Of a DNA stretch of 64,000 nt, positions 24,218-36,844 are shown piece after piece. The position numbers and the translations under genes are program-made. This stretch comes from Amphiscolops sp. MND2022 (Eukaryota), in the NCBI GenBank assembly GCA_964187785.1, contig OZ076409.1:38814001-38878000 (forward strand). Reading direction: 5' to 3'. The notes beneath the pieces are model-generated. The model was not told where the DNA came from, searched no databases, and worked only from the letters and a program-made list of their open reading frames with translations. The stretch's first letter is position 1. Each line of letters starts with the position of its first letter.

Positions 24218-24873
24218 ACGAAATCATGAAATGATTTTGTAAATTAACAAAGTTTTCGAAATAGGTGAAAAAATGTAGATATCGCTGGCAGACTTTATTC
24301 ACATAACGCCGTAAATTGTAAATAACAATAAATTTGACACCAAACTGTATAGCCACGATCTCCAATTTTGACATCTTGTCACATTACCGATTCGTCTTTT
24401 AATTCTGTCACTTTATTCTTCATGTTTTGTATTACCCAGTATTTAATCACCGTCGTATTTATTCATCTTGTATTTAGTCAGTTATCTAGTCTTTGAGACT
24501 CTTTTACTTATATATTTTCTATTTATCTTCATCCCATCTTCATCTCGGGACTCTGTGTCCACTCGTCCGCATACTTGTGGATTTCCCCAGTTCTTCTCGG
24601 AAAATCGACATCCAGTCCCAACTTTGGACGTTTCCCTCCAGCTGTCAATTTGGCTCAACCTTCCGTCACAGATATCGTCTCCCAATTCTTCTGCCTTGAA
24701 ATACCAACAGGTCGGTTGATCTTCATATTCTTTCAGTAACTAGTCTAGATTTTTTGAACTAGTTTGAGGCTTGATCAGGACTCTCATTTCGTTCATGTAC
24801 TTACTGTCCACATAACACGAGTGTTCACAAGTGTTCAATTTAATCTACTTCCGGAAGATTTTTAACGCGGTGA

Positions 24874-25705
24874 ATGGATTTTAGTTCAGGAAGCTTACCG
24901 CTTGATTTCTTATCTCTTTATTTAGGTATGTCGACTGAAGAAATGTTGGAAGAAAACACTACTGAGATGGATGTGGCAGTAGAAAACAACTCCTCAGCGA
25001 CGCAAGACCCTACCATGGATACTGGCAAGAGTACTGTTCCGCCTGGGATATCCCCTACTAGCCTTTCTACCGAAGGTAGCCAGGGAGCATATATCGAAAA
25101 GACTGTCACAGAATTGGCTCAACGAGGGAAAATCCAAGAGTCTACTAATGAAGTGTCATCCAACAATGTCGAAACGGTCACAACTGAGGCACGCTCCGAC
25201 GATAAAGGCTCTGAATCAGCCGGGCTACTTATTACCTGCACTGTCGAGGGGGAGAAAACAGACAAGGATTTATCCTTAGAGGCTGATCCAGCTGTCAGTG
25301 TAATTAGTGGACATAGTGGTCATCGAATCCCTGACTACTTCCCCACAGACACCAGCGAAGTAGAAGAGCTATTTGATAGTTCTGGGGCAGAAAAACCCAC
25401 CCTCCATCACAGCCCAACTACTATACGTATGGGGGCTTTGTCACACCCGGGCATTGGTTCACCTGAGCCCCAAACACCAAAAGGCAAAACCCCCGCAGAG
25501 GCCACCTCTGCGATTCCTGGGCTCCCCAAACAAGTGTCTGCATCAGGAAGGACTTTGCTCCGGAAATAATTTTCCGATAATTCCCCAGTCGAATTACCAA
25601 GACCGCATTCAACTGTAGCATTCAATGAAAGCCAAGTACACACTCTCCTGCGAGTGATGACCGAGGAAACTATGATCTCTTCCTATGACATGGTGAAAAG
25701 TGCAA
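24874..25705 (+). pseudogene. orphan acidic Ser/Thr-rich ORF (MSTEEMLEE...), frameshifted near 25565 and truncated by an AT-rich repeat; probably TE-derived
   Basis: 231-aa ORF; another frame continues SPVELPRPHSTVAFNESQVHTLLRVMTEE to an abrupt junction near 25705. Confidence 0.4.
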
Positions 25706-27352
25706 AATTCCCCGAAAAGCAAACTGCCGACTTAGTTATGCAATCTGGAGCATTTGGAAACTTCTATCTCACCAAAACGTTCCAGTCTCAAATAAAAAAA
25801 TCAATGAAATTGTCCGAAATCAGCTAAACTTTTTACATCTTCGACTTTTTGCAGCCAATTTCTGAGCCAATCTTCAAGTCTGTAAAGTTGTCTTAGAAAA
25901 ACCTACTGGATTTTGAGTTCAAGGGTGGTTCAAAGGTTTTCCAAAACAATTCAGAAAGTGCACATAAGTTGCATGAAAACATGAAGATGGAGAACTTTTT
26001 TTGCCTCATTTGGAGTCATCCTTGATTTTCTTTTCAAGATTGTTCTTTCAATTTTGGACGTTTTGGAACTTCTAGCCCATGAAATTTCTCGGAAATTGTG
26101 AAGAAATTGCATTAAAAATGACGAAAACCTAAATTTTTTGCCTTTCTCGACATTTTTTAGGTCACTTTGATTCATTTTTCTTTCACAAATTGTTTTTATC
26201 TCTTGACAAAAGCCTTCTGAAACAACGACTCTGTTGTTTAACAGTTTTAACATTCCAAGCCACGAGGTCTATCGAAAAATTGACAAAAACGAATACAAAT
26301 GGTAAAATCGAAATTTTTTGGAAAATTCGTCTTTTTCGGTGTCTATCCGAGTCATTCTTCACTACTTCACTAAGACTGCTGGACAACAAATCAGTTCCTT
26401 TTTAACCCTTTTTGTCTTTTTCGGTTTCCATTTGAGATATTTTTCCTTTCAACGCATTTATCTCTTTGGAATAGCCTACTGCAAAACAAGTTTTTGGTTT
26501 GTTTTCAACATCCTAAGCCGCGACCTTTATCGAAAATCTACAGAACTTGCATAAAAATAATTAAAATCAAGAAATTTTGGAATTTTTGTGGTGATATTTG
26601 GGATCATTTTGGGTCTTTGTCTTTTCAAAAAACCGCATTTGTCGTGCTTTCAAAAACGACCACGGGACAACGATATCTTGCTTTGTTGAACGTTTTGAAC
26701 ATTTTCTTTCACGATATTCATCAAAACTTTGACAAAAATTGCATAAAAACGTTAAAAATCGTGAAGTTTGGGATCTTTTCTCGTTTTGGGGTCCTTTTTG
26801 TCTTAAGAAACCGCGTTTATCTCTCCTTGAAAGACTATTGGACAACGAATTCTTGCCTAGTTGAATGTTTTCAACATTTTAATCCACGATGTCTATCGAA
26901 AATTTGACAAAAATTGCATGAAAAGTTGAAAAAGTGGATTTTTTGTTATTCTTCGGGTCATTTTAGGTCATTATGGGGTCATTTTCGCCATTCCCAAAAA
27001 CATCCAAAAGTCTCTACAAATACAAATCGCACGAAGCTAGATTCTCTTGTTTAACAGATTTAACAATCCAATCCACGAGGTCTATCGAAAATTCGACAAA
27101 AATGAATACAAATGGTAAAATCGAAAATTTTTGGAAAGTTCGTCTTTTTCGGTGGGGTCATTTTCGCCATTCTCAAAAAAATCCAAAAATCTCTACAAAT
27201 ACAAATCGCACGAAGCTAAATTTATGTGAGTTGAATTCTGTGGGTGACATCCTTCAATTTGATATAAATTTGGTGCTTGGGAAATTTTGTAAAAGAAAAC
27301 CGTTTGATTTAAATATTTTCCTTTCCCATATATAGATTATGGGCGGAAAAAA
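25705..27352. repeat. AT-rich composite repeat (~160-bp subunits) ending in the family-B terminus TGGGCGGAAAAAA
   Basis: Same subunit motifs as 6070-7310; the terminus at ~27340-27352 matches 46437-46447. Confidence 0.6.
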
Positions 27353-27860
27353 AGTTTGAAGGCAAATAGTTCCTAGAACTTTATTCAGAACCTGATCATT
27401 CTGCAATCAAAGGTTGAAATTTGTGCGACGCTGTGATCGGAGAAACAGAGTATCGGGAAAACAAAAATAAATTGAAGGTAATGATTGTTTCATTTAGTAT
27501 TACAAGGTTGACGCAAACAAAACTACTTATTGTACAGTATTTGAAAGTTCTTTTTCTATTTATAATATCTTCCTGGAAATTAATTTCATTACTTATAAGA
27601 AAGGTAGGGTCAGTTTTGATAATCAAAAATACAAATATGTGTGTTTTTTCCTCTACTTTCCACCAAAACAGAATTGCGATGAAGTGAGATGAGTGAGTTC
27701 TTTTTCGTAGTTGTAGGTTATTGATATTGCGAACTGTCACTGTCTTTATTTCCCAAATAAAAAATTACGAAGATTGCCAATTTAAAACAATTGATAATCA
27801 GGAGTACAAATGTCCCATCGAAAAATTAATTGAATGTTCATACGTCAGCGAACTGGGCCA

Positions 27861-28327
27861 TCAAAACGCAGACGAGAGCTTGCGAAGTTTGAGGATTTTG
27901 ATAAAAGCGGCTCTGAACTTCCTATTGGTGGCTGCGTATATGAAGGGATTCAAACTAGAATTGGCGTACCCTAGAAGCGTGAACCATTCAAAAACAATCG
28001 CATCCCCTCGAAATGGTTTGTTTATTATTGATTGCAGAACATTCAGCGTGAAAAAGGGGAGCCAGCATAAAATGAACACTCCGAAAACTATTCCCAATGT
28101 TTTGGTAGCTTTGTGTTCTCTCAGCATGTTGCCAATTCTGCTGTTCTGAAATGCGGGGACCCTAATACTGTTGGTTTTGGACAGAGCGGCTTCGTCTTTT
28201 TTTTGAGAGGGTGTCAATTTTGCGGTGGAGGGACCATCGTTGACGAAACTTCGTTTGGCACCCCCTCTATGAACCCTGAGGTTGTGATGATGGGTGTCAC
28301 TGGCCCCCGCCCTCGTGGCTTCCGCGC
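27861..28327 (-). CDS. aminergic GPCR (Dop1R2/INDR-like dopamine receptor), last exon: ICL3, TM6, TM7, helix 8
   Basis: REHKATKTLGIVFGVFILCWLPFF; LGYANSSLNPFIYA; NRKFRAAF; acceptor TGCAG|G, phase 1. Confidence 0.92.
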
Positions 28328-28731
28328 CTGCATTCATGTTTCAGAGATACTCAGAATATTTAATCTCTACTTTTTTAAACATAAAAATTACCCACAAAAA
28401 TTGGTGCATGATATCATGCGATATCGCATTTGGTTTTATAACATTTCCATTATAAAGCTAAAAAGTGCATTGTTATATCAGATAATCTTCATTTTATATC
28501 CCAAAATGCAATCGATTTTGAGATTTCTAAATTTTCCAACATTTTACTTGTTTTTTTTTCGGAGCATTTTTGGTAGATTGAATGCGAGTTTCTCATAATT
28601 GCTGAGCAAACTTCTTTGCAAAAGTAGACTTCAGTTTTTTCAGTTTAAATATTTTCCTTTTCTGGATATCTATTTTTAATAGATTTGTGGAAAAATGCTG
28701 AATGTTTTTTTGATTATTTGAGCTCCTCTGC

Positions 28732-29060
28732 CTGAGTTGGGTTTCAGGACTAGCATTCCCGAATTGAGGACCTTGAGCTGCTTGCGTGCCTTTATGTAAA
28801 TGTTGGCATAAGCGAATGTCATGAAACTAAATGGTAAGTAGAAAGATATGAGCGAGGAAAAGAATCGGTAATATCGGTTGTCTGTGAAGTGGCAAACATG
28901 AGCATCAATTTCATCCAGACTGAGATGCCAGATAGCGATTGCGGGGAACGATATTAGTGCAGAGAGGATCCAGACAATTGCGATTACTCCCAAACACTTG
29001 CGATGGGTGACCAACAGCGGGTAGTCCATGGCTTTGTTCACGGCCACAAAACGGTCCAGA
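28732..29060 (-). CDS. GPCR exon: DRF motif, TM4, TM5
   Basis: SLDRFVAV, WILSALISFPAIAIW, CHFTD, FFSSLISFYLP (catecholamine-type TM5 serines); acceptor TTGACAG; inferred GC donor. Confidence 0.9.
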
Positions 29061-29412
29061 CTGTCAAGAGATGGCAATGACCAATGAGAGCGTGAACTAT
29101 ATCCAGATTAAGATAGAACATGTTTCAAAACATGATACTTTTTTTTCAACCACTTTCAAACTTTTCGCATTTTGACTCTAATTAAATCGAAATTGTAACA
29201 TTTTTATGAAAAAACGTTGTTCATTGTTTATGAGAAATTTGTGAAAACTGAGTCTTGATGATTCCGTGAACATTTCCGTTAGGTTGAAAGACAATTTCGG
29301 GCCCATTTCATTAATTTCATATTTTCTACAAAGCGCTCACAGAGTTATCCGAAAAACATTTCAACAGTAACAGAATACAAAAACATGATTTTGAAACAAA
29401 TACATGTACTGC

Positions 29413-29450
29413 ATTCATAGCTTGATAATTATAATTATCAAGCTATGAAT
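29413..29450. repeat. perfect 38-bp palindrome in GPCR intron
   Basis: ATTCATAGCTTGATAATTATAATTATCAAGCTATGAAT equals its own reverse complement. Confidence 0.95.
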
Positions 29451-29509
29451 AGTTTATTTGAAGTAATTTGGAAGCATATACATGTATTGTGAAAGATGAT
29501 TAGTCATGC

Positions 29510-29652
29510 CTGATAGCAGTGAGGTTGAGGATGCTGGCAGTGCTGGCTAGTACGTCCAGGGCGCAGAAGATGTGGCACGACCAGTAGCCGAAGATCCAGT
29601 CTCCGTCCAGCAAATGCAGAATGCCAGCCACGGGTGCCACGAACAACCCAAC
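29510..29652 (-). CDS. GPCR exon: end of TM2, ECL1, TM3 (not in the ORF track)
   Basis: VGLFVAPVAGILHLLDGDWIFGYWSCHIFCALDVLASTASILNLTAIS, with D3.32; 143 nt, phases fit the next exon; acceptor TTTGAAG. Confidence 0.92.
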
Positions 29653-30060
29653 CTTCAAAATGAACAAAAATTAGATTAGAATCTTATTATAAATTCTTCT
29701 TTCCCATTAGGCGCTTCAAAATTGATAAAAAGTCGTTTGTGTGGCTATCGCAGGGATCTTTGATGGTTCAAATCAGTATTTAAATTTTTGTGACCCATCT
29801 GAATACCGGAAATATGTAAATTAGTTCACAGAATGCTTAACAAAACTGGCCCACAAGTTTGCTTACAACCCAAGTGAATACTTTTGGAAACTTTCCATGA
29901 GGTTGGTATATACTGCTTGTACCCATTTCATCTAATACCAAACCATGAAAGACAAGATTACCGCTGAGCACTTATGCCATTGAAAAAGTCCGAAATTTGC
30001 ATGACACGTTGAATATTTGACACTTTTAGACATTTTTTGGTTGACTTTAGGCATTGTGTT

Positions 30061-33000
30061 TGTGGCATGACGTCACCTTATGCAGAAACATACATGTATT
30101 CTATAAATAGTAGCCATGACAGTTTTGTACCTGTCAGAGATGCTACTGCTAGAAACCATGCTGTTCTATTCACAAACCTTTGAATTACGCTTATCGATCA
30201 GAATAGATTATTCAGCATACACATTATCTTTATCTCTTTTCAAGAAGATACAACATGGCGCAGTAAAGCAAGATGGAAAATCAAAAAGCAACCGAAAGTG
30301 CAGGCTCTTCAAGTGGAGAAATCCACGAAAGAGCAAACTCGAAAACCGAAAAGACTCACCAGAAAATTACCTTACCAACATTCGAAAAACGCGGGATACA
30401 GGAGGCGAAGCTTTGGTGGAGGCGATTCACACAATACATCAAAATGACCGAAAACATCGATCTTAACATAATGACCACAGATCGTGAGATACTAGAAGAT
30501 TACAAGAATGATCTGGAACACCGGATCAAAGATCTGTTTATTTGTGCATTGGGCGAATCAGCGATAACGGAGATGACAAGAACCGTTAGAGACAACGACC
30601 CAAATCGAATGGACATAAATCAACTGTACTCATTATTCCGGTTACATTTCATACCGGAACGAAACAAATTCCATAGTAGAGCCGATTTCTTTGGAATAAC
30701 GAGAGAAAAACACGAATCAGCGGAAGATATGTGGACGAGAATCCTTCAAGTGGAAAAGAATTGCGAGTTCGAGAATGTAACACCAACCGAACTAATAGCG
30801 TCAAAGTTTCTCTCCGTAATTGGAAGATCAACAGGAGACTACGAACTAAAGAAGAAAATTAGAAAAAGTGACATGACGATAGAAACAATAACAGCACTGA
30901 TACACGAACACATGTACGATCGGCTAAATGACTCGAACAATTCGAACGATGGAAAAGAAATAAAACACGTACAAGAACGACCATACAAACGAAAATGGAC
31001 AGAAAAAACCGATGCAGACAAAATGAAGAGAAGACCGGAATACCAAAAACAAAAACCAAAAGACAATCGTTGTGGACAATGCGGAGCACCCAACTGGTCA
31101 AGACAACACATCTGCCCAGCAAAATCAGCAGAATGTAGAAAATGTAAAAGAAGGGGTCATTACGAAAAGATGTGCAGATCGATGAGAAGAGTACAATACG
31201 TCGACAAAACAACACCTTCAGCAGAAGAAGATAATTGGGATTATGAAAAAATCCAGAGGATAGAAAATACAAAACAAAAGAAAGGCTTCTACAACGCCAC
31301 GCTATTGAACAACAACGTACCAATAAAATTCATCATCGATAGTGGATCACCAGTAACACTTATTCCGGAATGCTTGTTTAGCAAAATTACACCAATTGAA
31401 CCACTCAAAACCACTTACAAACAAAGATGTAAACAATCAAAAGATTGGCTTTACAGGACAAACAAAAGCAATGGTCAAAACAAACAAAGAAACAATGGAA
31501 CTACCACTACTAATTACAAAAGCACAAACCGCCCCGTTGATGGGACTGGACTGGATGCAACGGCTGAAAATAAACCTGAATTCAAACAACGACGCAATCC
31601 AAATACACAACATAAATTTGGACAACACAGAAATAAAAATCATAAAGCTCCAGAACGATTTCAAAGATTTATTCTACAACAACAAAGAGATAAAGAATCT
31701 CTCGGTGAAAATAAATCTAAAAACTGGAGCACAAATAATACAACAAAAAGGACGACCAATCCCAATACATCTACAAGACCAAGTGGAACAGGAGCTGAAA
31801 CGCTTAATAAAGCATGGTTATGTAGAAAAAGCAACAGAAATCACCGAAAACTGCTTCGTAAGTCCTGCGGTAATATCCGTAAAAAAGGACAAATCGATAA
31901 AAACTGCACTTGATTCCAGAAATTAAACGAAATTACTGTGAAAAGAAAAGCACAAATGCCGAACATGGAAGACTTGATATCACGAATTTCAAGAAAGATA
32001 TCCGAAGGAGAAGACGGAGAAGTACTAGCAACAAAGCTCGACTTCGATTATGCATACGGAAAAATTAAATTAGACGACGATACAAAAAATTTGTGCATAT
32101 TTACCGTCACAGGGGGCAATTTCACTGGATATTACCGTTTCTTGAAAGGCTTCTATGGACTGGCAGACATTCCAACAATTTTCCAAGAACGGATAGATAC
32201 GACATTAGAACACAAACATCCGGCCTGGTTAGACGATATAATAATTGTCACCATAGGAAACTTGGAAAAACACGAAATGGAAGTACGTGAAACAATGACG
32301 AAACTGGAAAGAGCAGGATATAGATTAAATCCAAACAAATGCGAATTCTTCAAGGAAGAACTCGAATGGGTTGGCCACAAAACCGACCAACAAGGGATAT
32401 GACCTTTACAAGACAAATTGGACGCAATAAAAAAGATCAACATACCAAAAAACGAAAAAGAACTAAAATCATTCATGGGAGCAATTCAATACTTGTCGAA
32501 AAACACGAAAACCTATCAAAAAATACGGACATACTACGAAAATTATTGAAAAGCAAAAGAAAGGATCTGGACAGAAGAACACACAAAAGCCTTTAATAAC
32601 TTGAAAGAATGCATCACAAAAATCCCATGTCTAGCACATTACAACGCCCAAAGCGAAAACATAATTACGACACGCCAGCACAAAAGTCTTGGGTGCCACG
32701 CTTTGGCAAAAACAAAAATCCGGCGAATTAAAACCAATCGGATTTGCAAGCCGATATTTATCCGATACCGAAAATAAGTACGCAAAAAACGAATTGGAAT
32801 TGTTAGTCGTAGTATGGGGTCTAGAACACTTTAGACTGTACATCTACGGAAAACCAATCGAACTCTTAACAGACCATCAAACGCTTGAACCACTGATCAA
32901 AAGAAACAGATCAAACAAAACCTATAGCGCGAGACTGACAAGATGGTTAGATCGCTTGGCTCACTTCGACATTAATATAAAACACATTGCCGGAAAACAT

Positions 33001-35963
33001 TTAGCACTAACGGATTATTTGAGTAGAAATCCAATATCAAGTCCGGAACCAATCGAAAATTACGACGAAGAGTACGTAATTAATTGCATAACACAACTAC
33101 TCGAGTTCATCAACAACTACGGCAGCATTACCGGTAAGATGAACAAAGAAGCGCGAACGGACGATATTGAGAAGTGTGAACGAAAATTCAACCAATCAGA
33201 ATCGAGCAAGCGGAACGAACCGAAATCAGATTGGAACACAACAAACAAGCGCAGTTCGTTGCTACCTCAACTCAATACAGTCGATCGCAATACCATCAAC
33301 AACGTGAAACACAATCACGAAACAATAATGGACATTCGCCGCATTGAACAAATTGAAGCAGACGATCCCTCCGATGAAACTCAACAACTTGTGAACCGCT
33401 GGAAAGAATTAGTAAAACCCGGAGAATACCGAACGTCGAAAGGAAACTGGAAAAAATACAATCCCCCAAGACATCACAGAGCGGAAATAAAAAGAATCGA
33501 GATGAATCTAAACCAAAGAAGAAACAAAATGCTCTGGAAACGCATGGAAGAGCAAGAAAAAGAACACGAAGATGACACCACAAAAAGAGAAGAACTTTAC
33601 CGAGTCATAGAAAAAATCAGAAACATGCCTAAAAAACAAGATGAAGAACAAACGGAAACAACAAACGACAACATAACGGAAGCAGGAAGCCAATCAGAAA
33701 CAAACGAAACAGAATCAACTGACTCCGCAGACTCACTTGATGTACCAGCAATTAATTTCAAAAGATATCTCGGTACGACCGGAGTGAGATACATCCAAAT
33801 GGGACAGGCCAGTCACATTCAAAACGAAAACAAATGGGACCTAGAGGAAACCATCAGACAAGCCGAACAAAAGTTTACCACGGACTAAAAAACAATTGCC
33901 ACAGAAACAACGAACGATGAGAAGCTGTTAAAAACACTAGTATGCTTGGAAAGAAGGACGCTGGAACAAATACCGGACGAATACAAAACATACTACAAAC
34001 AGCTGTCAACACGATTCGGCGTAGTATTCTACGATGACCGAATCATAATACCAAAGTCATTGAGAACAACAATTATCATGCTGTTACATAAAGGACACGC
34101 GGCAATCAACAAAATGACGAGAGCGGCAAAACCATTCTGGTGGCCACGAATGACACGAGATATACAACAAAAATGTGACGAGTGTGTTCCGTGCAAAATG
34201 GCAGGTAAGAACATTAAACCACAATTACCAATGACTGAGATTAATTACTTAGAACCGGTAGAGAAAACAAATCAAGAAATCCAATTGGATTTCATCGGAC
34301 CAATAAGATTTAAGCACCGGAGATTTTACATATTACTTTCTATAGACCGGTACAGCAGATGGCCGGCCGCGTGCATATGCGAAGCACCGACAGGAAAAAC
34401 AGCAAAAAATTTCCTGGAACAATAAATTACACTAAACGGTTTACCACAAACCATCAGAACAGATAAAGGCACTGCCTTTCCTGGAAAAGAGTTTAGAGAA
34501 ATCTGTAAATCTCTAAACATAAAGCTAATATATGGAACGCCATATATACACACACCAACCGGATTGGTGGAAAGAGGTATTAGAACTCTAAAAGAACACC
34601 TCAGAACGAATTGAGAAGAAGGTTATAATATAAACGAAGCATTAAGCCGTTCACTAAACGTAATGAGAACAACGGTCCATTCCAGCATAAAAGAAACACA
34701 GTTCGAACGCCATTATGGCAGAAAACACCGAACGGAAATTCATAACTATTTGAATATATCACCAAACAAACATTATAATGTTTCAGCGAGTCCGGAGACA
34801 CTACAAGTCTACACATTCACCAATGGGAATGGAGCTTACGACCAACTGGTTATGAAAGCCCCAAGAAAGCTAAAAGAAGACGTGAGTAACAAATTCCCAT
34901 ACTTATTTCTCGAAAAGAAACAATACAAAGAAAAATTTGAAAGCGCATACGAAAACAAACCACAAACCGCAGTAGCCGGAAAAAACACACAAAAACAACC
35001 GATAAAAACAAAATAATCCATAGAAAACGGATAAGCAAACCATTGAACCCAATATTTCAGAACCCATTATCACGACGGGGAGAAAACCCGAGGGGAAAGG
35101 ACGGAAGATTCCTACAACAAGGACAACTGGTTGAAGACATAGAGGAACAGGACGTAACAGCGGAACATTCAGAGAGATGCAGTACCACAATACTAGAGGA
35201 AAACATACTGGACAAAACACTGGAAATTGAGAATACAACAATCAGTCCAGTGTACGGCAGAGGACGAAGAAAATTGATAGGGGACAGAAAACAAAACACA
35301 ACCACAACAACAGGATCGACAATAAACTCCAGACCAACTACAGAAGACGACCCAAACATGATAACAGTAGTAGACCAAAACGGTAATAATAACAATCTAA
35401 TAAAAACGGAAAACATAGAACAAACTGAAAACCAAAACGAACAAAATATACGAAAGTCAACCAGAATAAGATCCGCTAACCCAATAATTAGATATGGTAA
35501 TCCAATCACGTTCTGACTATTACAGGTAACACCGTTAACAAATGGAGTGCGCAAGACAACCAGTAAAAGAGGAGGGAGCAAACGACCGGAAAACAGAAAG
35601 AAGGAGATTTCAGAAAGGAAAGAAGAGGACTATACGGAACAAACCGTATATAAAACAATCATAAACATCTGGACCATTCGGTGCTACCGTTTGAATTTTG
35701 AGTTCATTAGTGTATTGACTATTTATGTTTATACATGTAGTTATCTCCCATTTATATACAAGGGGGAATGTGGCATGACGTCACTTTATGCAGTAACATA
35801 CATGTATTCTATAAATAGTAGCCATGACAGTTTTGTACCTGTCAGAGATGCTACTGCTAGAAACCATGCTGTTCTATTCACAAACCCTTGAATTACGCTT
35901 ATCGATCAGAATAGATTATTCAGCATAAACATTATCTTTATCTCTTTTCAAGAAGATACAACA
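30061..35963 (+). mobile_element. full-length Mag-like Ty3/Gypsy retrotransposon with decayed ORF
   Basis: 195-bp LTRs at 30061-30255 and 35769-35963 (TGT...ACA, 4 substitutions), TSD GTGTT, PBS TGGCGCAGT, PPT AAGGGGGAA. Confidence 0.96.
30273..35516 (+). pseudogene. gag-pol with multiple frameshifts and stops
   Basis: CGQCG...HICPA...CRKCKRRGHYEKMC; IIDSGS; HPAWLDD; ELELLVVVWGLEHF; HKGH...CVPC; LDFIGP, RTDKG, LVERG. Confidence 0.92.
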
Positions 35964-36844
35964 GTGTTCAATTTAAAATTCGCATTTCCCAATATAAAAA
36001 GTATGCTACGGAGATTCGTTTTTCTGTCGTTGAATGCTGTGGATTCTTGCTGAGGAAAACATTCAGAACATCAAGAAAATTTGCAAAAAAGATTATTTTG
36101 TTCTTTTGGGGCATTTTCAGACACTTTTTTATCAGATACAATTTTCAGATATCTCCATAAATACATATTCTTGTTCAAAATACTTGAACTTTTCGCATGC
36201 CCTTTGATGTTGCCAGCAACTTTATTTCCCTGTTGTACTCGACATTTATCAAGCTGCTTGAAAGAAGGATACCATATTTGGCGGTAATTTTAGGCTTTGA
36301 AGTTTTGCAGGTTTCATTAACAAGCTGTTCTAATTTTACAACACCCTATTAAGTTGCTTGTCGATTTGAAGGTTTCTTAGCTGAAAAAAACATCTTGCAA
36401 GAGCCAACATGCACCGGATTGGGCTAATTGTAATTTATTTGAGATTGAGAGTTTCCACGGAATAAATAAGCCTTCCTTGGTAATTTTTTCCCAAAGTGGT
36501 CAAAAACAGGTTGGTGGGTACTTTTTCGTAATTTTGTTGTCGTTGACTTGCATTTTTCACTTAACTCCGAATTTTGTAAGTTTCATTGATTTTTTTCTGT
36601 TTTTAGTGCACCGTTTGAAAAAACCGGACAAAAAAACTAGTCACTGCAAGAGCCGTGCTTTTTCCCTGGAAGGGTTGACTGTATTAAAACTTAGTAACTG
36701 TAACTTCTGGGTTCTTTTGCTACTAAAGCGCCATTTATCTGCGAAAGGAAACTTTCACTAGAAGTGAAAATGGACAGAAAACTCTACGGTGCCCGTGTTG
36801 GTCATTTTAGTGAATTTTTTGGCAAAAAAGTTTGCTCTTGGTTT

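Noticed and set aside
25951..27335. Cluster of 70-137-aa K/F/N-rich ORFs (also 5-7 kb, 49-50 kb, 58-59.6 kb)
   Set aside because: Chance ORFs in AT-rich non-autonomous repeats; frames are not conserved between copies
28113..28598. Plus-strand ORFs over the GPCR (27721-28149, 28113-28598)
   Set aside because: Antisense shadows of the GPCR exon with no motifs
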